Assembly: GCA_000708835.1 (NCBI GenBank)
Contig: DF237549.1
Location: forward strand, 15,479-53,849
Reading direction: 5' to 3'
From: Klebsormidium nitens
Taxonomy: Eukaryota > Plantae > Klebsormidiophyceae
Length of the DNA: 38,371 bases
Shown: positions 1-9,866 of the stretch, piece by piece
Position numbering within the stretch: the stretch's first letter is position 1
How the letters are laid out: the number at the start of each line of letters is the position of its first letter
Notes under the pieces: model-generated
The model's input: only the letters and a program-made list of their open reading frames with translations
Databases searched by the model: none
What the model was told of the DNA's origin: nothing
Program-made: the position numbers and the translations under genes

Positions 1-23
1 TCTGAAGGGGGTTCGTTTCTCAC

Positions 24-3000
24 CATTCAAAGCTGGCAATCTCGGGGCACTGCACGAACATGTACTGCCCAGCCTTGTAGAGGAAGGTTTCCGGCTTTTT
101 GATCTTCAGAGCGATGACGTTACCGTAGAAGGGAACAGCCTGCGTGCAAAGGCTTTCATCGTCAATCATTTAGGATAAAATCAATAAATCATCGCATATA
201 AACTATGCTGCTTTCGAGCCACGTCGGAAGCCTTCTCACGGAGCTGAACAACGAGTAGACGCCCACAGGTTATGATTAACTGACCTCCTAACCGGCCCAC
301 TTTCCTAGTAATCCAAGCCAGTTAGTGTTAACGGTAGACGCTCGCGAGCACGCTCTTTCCGAGGATAAGCGAGAAAATAGGATTGTGAGAAGTGGACGCA
401 TAGAGATCAAAGGCTCCATCATGCTTCCGGCAGTGTTTCAGGAGCGAAGGCAAGTGCTTCAACAGACATAGTCGAGTTCCGTGTCGTCTCTAAGGGCTTA
501 CTTTGAGCACTTTGACTTCGTGCTTGTAGTTGAAGAGGGAGCGGTGGAGGCGGATAAAGCGGTCGATGACCCAGACAAACAAACCGGGGAGGACCCACAG
601 CCAGGTCTGGAAACAGGCGAGAGAACGCATGGGGGTGAGCCTTTTCCAAGGACAAACGTTACAACCCGGCCATTCCGGTTTGACTTCACTGCTGCAAGAC
701 ACGAAAGGAGCCCATGATCGACCTGAAAGCAGAGTTTCTGACTGATGCAAGAAATCCGCACTCTCTGCAACCGAGTTGGGATTTCTCGAATCCGAAAAGA
801 CATGCAAACTCAAGTTGCCTGAAGGTATGGGACAAGCTAGTCTCGATTGTTTCTCGAAGTGGGCGGAGTGTTCATCCAGCCTTTTTCCCGCTGTATGTGA
901 AGAATCATGGATAGCAAAGAGAGCTGTGCCTATTGTTCCACCTCATGAACAGCCGTCTCAGAGTTGGGCAGATCCATTGGTTCTTCTGTTTTGCGAGGAG
1001 GCTGGGATACCAAAGCAGAGTGGCTTTCAGACACGCGGTTCCATATGACAGGGTTGAAGCTGGAGAGCACTCCTCTTCTTTCTACGGTGGGCGGCAGAGA
1101 CTATCAGAGTGCTTACGTCGTTGGTGGGAAAATGCCCAAACGTCGAGTTGTGGGTCCCGTGCCAGATGATGAAGAAGAATGAGGACAGCAACAAGAAGTG
1201 CGTATAGAAGAAGGCGTTGAAGCCGACCACGTGTTGGAGCAGCTTTGGCGCCCTGCATGGAATGTATGTGGATATCAGCATCCAAGCGAGGCTGCCCTTC
1301 AAAGCTTTCGATTACGCATTTGCAGGCGGCAAATTTGTTGACACCGTTGATCAGGGGAGAACCACTTACTGACAAGGTGTCAAGACAGGTTGGGGATACT
1401 GAGAGCTATCGGTTCTTAGGTTTTGCAGCCTCCAAGCTTGGAAACACACTCCTCCTAAGCGTTGGCTGGACCAGAAATTGACAGTTTTAAAAACGTTCAG
1501 TCTGCCAGCTTGGTGTGCTCAATCAGTTGAAAAGGTGTTGCCGCATTCAGGGCTTGTCCGGACTGATGCGGGAACCTATGCATGAGCAATTACTCTACGA
1601 AGCAAAAAAGCTCGAAGCAACAACAGATAGAGGGGAGCTCACTTGGACCACATGCCCTGCCGCAGCATGGAGCTTGCCAGAGGGAAAGCCACCAGAACTA
1701 TGGCAACCATGCAAAAGCCGCTGATGGTGGTCCAGGTAAAGTAGACCTCAGAGTACGTCGGCTGGGGGGCGGCGCCAAAGTACCGATGGAATGTGTCAGG
1801 GGCAGCGGATATCTCCATGGGCCAAGTGCAGCTCATGAAAACCACCCCGTGGACGAAACCCGCGATTGCCCACGTCATGCCAAGGACCTGCAAGGGCAGC
1901 CACGGAAAGTCTGTTGAAACGCTTGAGCAGATAGTGAGGGTCACACGCTTATTGGAAAGTCTGGAAGAGTTTGGAAACAGAAGCTAGTACGTCTGTCAAT
2001 GCTGCACAGTTGCCAAAGCTGGTCAGTTGTAGATTGCTGGTAAATTCGAACACTGCTGAGGAAAGAAAGTGGATAGCTGCTCTCAGGACAGCCCTTTTCA
2101 GCGCCAAGTGAAAGAGCAAATCCTCTGGTGTGGTGCTTAGGCATAATGTTTTCGTGGACGGCTTTCCTGCCTTTCTGAATTGTTCGGCCTGGCCTTTGAC
2201 CTCAATTCACGCATTGTCCACCTTTGTGCCCCTCAACTTGTTTCAAGGCACGAAACCAGCCAGCCCCAACTCTTCCCACAGCTGTAAACGATCACTTCGG
2301 CACTCACCTTATGGAAAGAGATAAGCTCATCCACAGGGATCAGCCACTTGAGTTTCCCTCTGCCCACCGTAAGGAAGAAGCGCGAGACTGGGAGCAGCAG
2401 CAACAGCATGGAGAACTTGGTCAGCTGGGCACATCCCTTGGAGATGGCGACGCAGGGGCTGCAAAGAGGGAGGGTTTGAGCTGGCAGGCCGAAAAATTTG
2501 TCTTGAGGACCTACTGTCTTACTATAACACCGCATGTCGCTGTGAACTTCATTACTCAAATGCTGAAGAACAGAGGAGGGAGGCCCATGGCGGGTGAAGC
2601 AGTAAAGTAAAGTCCTGGTGGACGGTATTTAGTGTTCTGGTGCCCTTGAGACTTGGGAGAACTCATGAGTATCTAAGCAGCTGTGACTGCACTTAGCGGC
2701 GAGGGGCCAGATACCTGGAGCATCAGCAAAAACATTCCTTTGTCCTGAATCGCGTGCGCAGTCAATGGAAGCAGGTAGGCTCTTCAATGGCCAGTACTCT
2801 TAGCAGAACAGGAAGGAGTCTGCACTCACAAATGAGCGTAGTGCAGCTCTTTGAAGCAGAGTAGAGGCAGATTGAGCACAGTTTCACCCAGCAGAGGGGA
2901 ATGCAGTAAAGCCCCTGAGCAGAAGAGCTGTGGATGTGTCAGGATATACACATTGGCTGAGCAGCTTGTAGACTCACCCAACCAAGTGCCAAGAAGGCAT

Positions 3001-3348
3001 GGCCTTGTACTTGGCAAACCTCTCCCAGAACAGCGCCATGCACGCCAGGACATACAGGGAGAGCCAGAAGATAGAAGGCATATGGTTCCTGACACGGATG
3101 GTGAACCTCCCAAAGCAGGCTGCAATCCTACCAATCTCCCGGGGTTTATCCTCCCCCTCTACTGGCGTTACAATATCCAGCACCAAATCCTCTTTCATGG
3201 GGGCGTCCTCGGGAACAGAGGTAGTGCTGATCAGTCGCGCGTGAGATGAGGGTCTCCGTGAGCTGAAGGCAGGGCGGGGAAGGGGGTTGTCCCGCTCCTC
3301 GATAGGTTCGGCCGGGTGCCCGGTGGTGCTTCCTGCTGGAGCAGCCAT
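24..3348 (-). CDS. RBOH: NADPH oxidase / respiratory burst oxidase homolog (NOX), 3'-partial; exons 3348-2978, 2458-2308, 1887-1643, 1252-1117, 606-502, 139-24; continues past the left edge
   Basis: Six exons join in phase across GT-AG introns. They encode ...WLSLYVLACMALFWERFAKYK...G/PCVAISKGCAQLTKFSMLLLLLPVSR...IPVDELISFHK/VLGMTWAIAGFVHG...ISGFCMVAIVLVAFPLAS...GFNAFFYTHFLLLSSFFFIIWHG.../TWLWVLPGLFVWVIDRFIR.../AVPFYGNVIALKIKKPETFLYKAGQYMFVQCPEIASFEW. These match RBOH segments from memory (AKG..LKFNMALILLPVCR, FHK, GFNAFWYSHH, YPGNV..GQYMF.C..FEWHPFS). Both heme His pairs are present (14 and 13 residues apart). Confidence 0.93.
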
Positions 3349-3464
3349 GACGGAAGCTGACGTCCAGCCAGCTTGCGACAGTCGAACACGACGTCAAAAG
3401 AGAGCTCAGCTTCAGCAACTTTGTGGATTGAGAAGTTTTTTTGCCCAATCTCAAAGGAGAAGCT

Positions 3465-3476
3465 TGGGCCATATAC
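3465..3476 (-). promoter_or_regulatory. Possible proximal promoter motifs of the NOX gene (site II TGGGCC next to a TATA-like GTATAT)
   Basis: TGGGCC at 3465-3470 and atatac at 3471-3476, about 120 nt upstream of ATG 3348. Motif match only. Confidence 0.25.
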
Positions 3477-3994
3477 AAGGCCAGTGAGCACGAGCTACCT
3501 CTAGGACTAGGGCCCCTGACTAGGAGAAGCCCCCAGTAGTATTTTTGACAGCAGGACGAAATCAGGGAATCTGGCCGGCTGGAACCGGGGTCCAGCCGGC
3601 GCCGGCTCAGCTGGCGGCCCGCACTAGCCGGTTGAAAACTCTCGTTGCCAGTGACTTCCATAGCTAGACTGATTCACGGGGATTCCCATGGACTGTTGTC
3701 CCGGCCATCCAGCTCCAGGCAGCCCCCCGGTTGCACGTCCAGTTAAAAATTAAGCGGTTGGCTCCACCGGCCAGCTGAGCCCACTACGGACCTGTCGATC
3801 CTACCAGCTACCGAGCTGGCGGGGATCAGTCAGGGTCCCTTCCCGGCCAGCCAGGTGCGCCCCGGCCAGGCTGCATGTTCACTAGTGTTGTGGGATCCCT
3901 GCTTCCAAGTGATTATAGCCGAGGGCCGAGAGTGATCGCGGATCGAATTGCCACATGTGTGTGATCACTGGGTGCCATTTCTGCGAATAAGACT

Positions 3995-4165
3995 TCAATT
4001 TAGGTAAAGTAAGCTTTAGGTAAAGTAAGCCAAGCAGCCTGGGACGGGTGGGGTTAGTTTGGGGGTTAGGGTGGGTGCGGGTGCGGAGCGGGTAATTCTG
4101 AGGGTTAGGTTTTTGGTGTTAGGCTGGGAGCTTACTATACCTACAGCTTACTTTACCTAAATTGA
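3995..4165. mobile_element. MITE-like element with perfect 21-bp inverted termini and a GGTTAG-rich core
   Basis: tcaatttaggtaaagtaagct (3995-4015) is the exact reverse complement of agcttactttacctaaattga (4145-4165). A partial tandem copy ttaggtaaagtaagc lies at 4016-4030. No clear TSD. Confidence 0.6.
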
Positions 4166-5060
4166 GGAGACATCTTCTGCGAAAAGCAAGGTACAACCTA
4201 TAACTCTAGCGGATGCATGATTGGATTCTGCCGGGCCTACCTACGTAGGGTATGTACTCTTGTTACTGGTGCTATGGTACCTACCAGTACCACAGATCGC
4301 ACTACTTTAACCTAGCTAGTAGGTTCAACTTCACCATTTTCTCGTATTGAGGTCAGGACCACAGATCGTGAGCACTCTCCCATTTCATATAAATGGGAGA
4401 GTGCTCATCTGCGGTCCTGACCTCAGTAGGTACGTGGAATGAACGATTTGGAACAACGATCACGTGTTACGACAAGTACCGATCTAGTACAGATTTTAGC
4501 TGGAGCGGCAGTACCGGGACTGTGTACAAAGCATTTTCCGGTAACGCGGAACTCCGGAGTCCGAAGAGGCTACGTAACGCCGTAGTGCACGCTAGCATTA
4601 TTGGAGGTACCGTAACTTCAAGTCAGGGCAGGTACTGGTAGGTAACAGGTAGGTGTGGAAACCCTTCTCGCTTCCGCAGTACTCGGAGCATCCGGCGCAG
4701 CTTGCCGGTATGCTGATTGGCGACAGGGTACGGGCCCCGGGGCCATTGCTCTGAAGATTGAAAATTTTAGACGCCTACGATCATGCCAATTGGCAATCGC
4801 TGCTTGACACTTGTTCTCGAGGCGCGGCTAAAATCTAGCGGCTGAGGCGGAGGGAGTTCTCGTTCACCCCACATGCCCAGGCGTCGGCATGCTGCAACCG
4901 TCACCGCAGCAGCGGTACCGGTACAGTACCGTAGTCACTTCCGTGTGGTGTGCTGTAGGATTAGTAGACCCCGAGCATCCAAACTAAGAACCCTAACCCA
5001 AAAGCTTACGCGCTTCGCACCCCAACTTACCCTAACCACCGAGCCAACCCCACCCGTCCC
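4041..5060. repeat. Long diverged inverted repeat pair (about 105-nt arms at 4041-4148 and 4952-5060)
   Basis: The left arm gggacgggtggggttagtttgggggttagggtgggtgcgggtgcggagcgggtaa... aligns by eye with the reverse complement of the right arm, gggacgggtggggttggctcggtggttagggtaagttggggtgcgaagcgcgtaa..., through to ...cctacagc. Confidence 0.65.
4347..4426. mobile_element. 80-bp foldback hairpin, mini-MITE of Tc1/mariner type (TA flanks)
   Basis: The arm tgaggtcaggaccacagatcgtgagcactctcccattt pairs with aaatgggagagtgctcatctgcggtcctgacctca (1 mismatch, one 3-nt bulge, loop catat). TA lies on both sides (4345-4346, 4427-4428). Confidence 0.6.
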
Positions 5061-5991
5061 CCGGGCACACTGCGGTTAGGGCACACTAGAGATACCATGC
5101 AGAGTGCACCGCATGCGAGACTGGCCGGTGCGGACAGCGGGATCCCTTCTCTGACAAAAAGTTCCGCATTAAATATCCAGGTACAGTGATTGACGTACTA
5201 ATACAGTGCATGGGCAACTTGAAGTCTTGGCAATCAATGAAAGCAAAAGCAGATTTGCCGTGCGTTGAAGACAAAAGAATTGGCATACTATGTACCTATC
5301 CGCTATGAAAGCACTAATACAGTGCCCGTCCACCTTGCACCGTACCTAGGGTACTCGTATAAGCAGAGTGACTCCGGCCAGCACCAGAGCTCCAGAGCAC
5401 CGTTGAGTCTTGCAGACACTGCCAGACAGTGCTAGCTTGCCAAGGTGCCAAGGGGTTGCCAAAAAGAAGTACGCGAATTACCCAGCACAGCCAGCTACAG
5501 TGAGCACCGGCATTGTCGTAACGCCGAAACGGCCGCTTCTGCCGCTTCAAAGCCAGAGACTCCGAGTCACTGCTGAGTCAGCCTACCACACCCTCGAAAG
5601 AGGTGTCTTCCGAACTCGTAATAGGTAGTATTCGCAAGCGGGTGCTCTTGAAGCGGCAGTAACTTATAGGGCGATCCCTCGGTACTCCACTACAGTGACT
5701 ATCATAGCTCTGGTAGCTAGAGCTAATCAGAAGGGACTGCCGGTAACCTACAGTGTAAGCAATAATGCCTACCTACCGTAGTTACAGAAACCAGACTGGA
5801 TTAGCGGACGTAGTACCAATTCTCCTGTGGCTAGCTCAGTCGCAGTAGCTGGGAGGCTCACTGAGGGATCATCAAACCACGGGGATCATCGGTGAGCACC
5901 CGAGTTGAAGCTGAGCTGCTCGTCTGAGTGCGGCAATCATCATGGGCCAGCAGCCAGAAGCCAGCCCAACACAGCATGCTCCGTTAGCCTC

Positions 5992-5998
5992 TATAAAA
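5992..5998 (+). promoter_or_regulatory. TATA box of the germin-like gene
   Basis: TATAAAA about 117 nt upstream of ATG 6115; TGGGCC at 5943-5948. Confidence 0.55.
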
Positions 5999-6114
5999 GT
6001 CCCATTCGCGGACCCCTCATGCAGACAAAGCTGCTCCATTCCCAAAGCCAGCTCAAACAAAGTCCGCTTCCCAAACTCAAAGTCTCAGCCAGAAGACCTC
6101 CCACGCACAGCAGC

Positions 6115-7751
6115 ATGGCAATCTCGCTCAACTCCGTCCTCCAGGTGGCACTGGTTGTCGTCTTGGCGGCATCGCTCAGGAGCGTGGGGGCAGCAGACCC
6201 CGACCCCCTCAGCGACAACCCGTCCAACACCGCAAGCTTCACCTTCAGGGGCCTGGGACCCAATGGCAGCACCACCATGTCGGCGGGGGGCAGGCGGGCC
6301 GGGCTCAGCACCACCCTCTTCCCAGCGCTGACGTAAGTTCCCTGGGCTCCACTGTCTATAAAGCTGAGCTTGCTGCAAAACAGATAAGCTGCCAGCTAGC
6401 ATCGCTTGATAACCTCTGATGAGTGAAGGACACTTGATTTCCAGAAAAGCGAGAGGGACAGCTCCAAGGCCTGGGCGGCAGGTCGTTGCTCTGATCCCCT
6501 GCTCAGATTGAGGCATTGGAAGTTCAGGAATCACTTCAGGTTGACACGGTGATGCTGCACCAATCTGGAAGGCAATGTGTGTTACGCAGTGCAAATCTAT
6601 CATTCAAACTTGGTGGAATGCTTGCTCTCAGGTCTTCAATCCTGGCAAAAGTTATGGCCAAGGATAGCCACTCTCCGGCTGGCATAGTCCTAGGCTCGGA
6701 TTGCAAGCCTGGTTAACGTTGTTGCTGAGCGACAGACGCTGTGGCTAAAGATCAGCGTGACATCAGAATTGCTAGGGTTCTCAGAAAGCCTAAAGCCCCT
6801 TTTTGATCTCAACTTGCAGGGGTCAGGGCATCACGTACGTCCGCTTCGATTTGGAGCCGTGCTCTATCAACGAGCCCCACACCCACCCCCGCGCGACCGA
6901 GCTCCTGGTGCTCGTGTCGGGGGGTCCCCTCCAAGTGGGCTTTGTGGACACAAGGAGCAACCTTCACGTCGACCTTATGTACCCCGGGGATGTCACCATA
7001 TTTCCCCGGGGGTTGATGCACTACGAACTCAACGTGGGGAACCAGACGGCGCTCTTCTACTCGGCTCTCAACTCTGAGAACCCAGGAACCCTGGTGAGTA
7101 CTGGATAAGCGCTTGAACCCTTGAGTAAATGTGTCCAGTACTTTCATGATTAATGCTATTCATTCTGCAGAGAGGTGCTGTGTTAAACAGTTAAGGAAGG
7201 TGTCTTTGAATTGAAGCTGGCGGTATGTCACAGTAGATACTAATTCTTTGGTGAATGAAGCAGACGGCCGGGCCTCTTGCGGCCAAGTGTGGATGATGTC
7301 TCTTTCCTCTGCGAGGAGCTCCAGCAAAAGGCGCATTGCAGTTAGCAGGACGTTCCAGTCTTTCCTTGTGGCCCTTCAAAGCAGGAGCGAACTGCATTGA
7401 AAAGCTTCTGGTTCTGAAGTGTGGCTCTTTACTACATTCAAAAATGGGCACTACCTTCCAGCATGAGCGTCAACCCCGTGTTTACTCGAAAATCGTCACC
7501 AGTTACTCTGGCGCCAAAACCTTGCTCGACGTGGGCTTTCGAATCTGACACCTGTCCCTTTTGTCTCCCAGCCCATTGCCAACGTGCTCGCCCAGATCCC
7601 GCGGCGGACGCTCGTTGCTGCTATGAACGTCGGCCCTAACGGAGCAGACGCCTTCAAAGCGGCCCAGCCGCCCGCCAATGGCATGAGCACGCTCATGAAG
7701 CTGGACTCGTCGGTCTGTACTCCGAACACCAGAGTTACCACCATGGAATGA
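6115..7751 (+). CDS. GLP: Secreted germin-like protein (cupin), 223 aa; exons 6115-6332, 6820-7093, 7572-7751
   Basis: Signal peptide MAISLNSVLQVALVVVLAASLRSVGA followed by ADPDPL. Germin box 1 PCSINEPHTHPRATEL and box 2 GDVTIFPRGLMHYELNVG retain the His/His/Glu/His metal ligands. GT-AG introns join in phase; stop TGA at 7749-7751. Confidence 0.93.
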
Positions 7752-9866
7752 GAAGTCGGCTGCTACGTGATTCCGCTCAAGTTAAGAAGTGACGGTCCTA
7801 GCTGAAGTAGCTAGTCACAGACCGACTCTAGCAAAATATGAGTCATAAAACCCCAAAGTGCCTAGAGGTGGATGAAAGGTTTTGATTGCAGAAATTGCCA
7901 GAATTACAAGTAAATCAGTGTTCATCAGGAACTAGTACGTACTAGGATCAGGACGTCCTCGACGTCTCGTAGCCGAATATCCGAACATCCCACCGTGGAT
8001 TTTCCGGTCGGACGGGCGTCACAGTCGGTTCAGAGTTCCCTTTTCAGACGTTTGGAAAGCTTAGCAGTGTAGAGACCTACTGACTTCTATGGTCAGAACG
8101 CTTGATTATTAGGATGTTGCTGGAAAGAATCCATGAGCCGTCATATCCAGCTTCAATATCTTCAGCTTTCTTACAATCTTTTTTCAGTCTTCGTCACAAG
8201 GGACAAAAGTCCTGGCAGTTAGCTGAGAGTGCAACCATGTTGGGACTAGATCTTGACGTTCAATACCTTCGCATCATCTGATCAGTGACGATAGTTGAAC
8301 ATGAATATTTACGCGCTTGCCTCATGCATGGTTGCATATTTACCGTATTATGATGAAGTGCAGGACTGATACAGCATCATTTCAAGTTTCAGATTTCCCG
8401 GTATGTTCATGTCCGGCCAGCTAGCTAGTGTATGGCCGCTACTCCAGCCATGTTACCCTGACCACATCCTGATAATTCTGCAAGCCTAGGTATTCAAATC
8501 ATTCAACGTAACGTCGTAAAGTAGCTCTTCGCGTTCATGTGCTAGCCGCTGTGAAAGAATATGACCATAATGAGTTCGGGCTTCTGTACGTAAACAAGTT
8601 ACTAATCTGGTTACCGAGCAGTTCGTAACGAAGCAATCGGATGGCAACACCTGGATGGGGTGGTCGGACTCCAATTATAGGATGATGAACTTACTGCCAT
8701 AAGCAAAACAACGTTTTGCACGTGGTACATGCAAAAGACAATTGGCAATTTGCGCCGCATGATCATGTTGAATACCATGCCCCGGCCGGCCCTCACCGGC
8801 CTTTCAATTGCATGATCAATCTTGGTGGCATGAATCTTGCAAGCTTCACGTATGCCAAGCTAGGCCTAAGTTGGCATGGGATTTGTGCGCGAGTCGGTCA
8901 GTTTCATCCATGCATGATTGCAATGTACACATTCAGCAGAGCTCTAATCGGATCATCAAAACAAGCTGGGGCATGTTGCGGCGGCGGCGTTCTAACCTGA
9001 TGGAAATGTGAGTCAGGCCAGACTTCCAATGCAGTGCCAACCTAGCTATTGACAGTCTCATTCAAAACGACAAGAGCTGCAAGCAAGTATGCTTACCAGC
9101 CCGGCCAGAGACGGGTGGGGTCAGAATTGGGGGTAGATATGGGCTGGGCACCGTACATGTGCGCGGCAGGTAGATTGTAAAAGACAACATCCAAACCTTA
9201 TGAGCCTCGTATAAATTCACAGAGGTACAAAAGCCTGATAATTGAATCACTCTACATATAGCCACTGGTACCGCTCAAGTTAGCCAGATCCGCACCAACA
9301 CCGCAACCTCCTTTGTGAAGGATGGAAGCAAAAGCCTAGGCCTACTGGTTGTCGGGATCATTGTTTCGGCTGAGCCGTCAAGCCCCACAGGAGCAACACC
9401 ACGCTCAGATAGAAAAGCAAACTGGACGAGGATTCCCCAGTCCGCAGCTCAAAGGGCTGTGCTGTTGATGCAAGGGCTGCAGTCCACTGCGTCCAGATAT
9501 TGACCACACCAGTTGCCAAGGGAGACTCGTGCCAGTCTGCCCAGCCAGCCCAGTCAAAAGCCTGTAAAGAGAGTGCTCATTAGGGACTGTCTGAGATGAA
9601 GGATGTGTTTCATCTTTCGTCAAGCACAGAGATCCGGCGATACTCTCTGAATCTCATCCTTTCGCTGGACATTGGCGATCATGTATGAGCTGAAGAAGTA
9701 AGCAAGTTTGCTGCCGCCATTCGGCTGGCAATAATATGGCCCGAAACTGCATCAGTGTGTTTGATTCTGTTTGTTAAAGGCAATCCTCTGCATCTTAACT
9801 CTCCATACAGCGTGTCTGACCTCTTCAGTTGAATAGCAGCTGACAGCAATGCGTCAAGACTTCCAT

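Noticed and set aside
400-3350. Degenerate LINE (endonuclease/RT-like fragments such as RQG...PLS and LAD*T)
   Set aside because: The same DNA resolves into phase-consistent RBOH exons with canonical splice sites. The RT-like bits were chance matches in exon flanks and introns.
3583-3630. Helitron 3' end (9-bp GC hairpin followed by CTAG)
   Set aside because: The CTAG is not followed by T, its spacing from the hairpin is atypical, and no 5' TC end can be assigned.
3880-3887. CACTAGTG as a CACTA transposon terminus
   Set aside because: No matching second terminus, subterminal repeats or transposase were found in the window.
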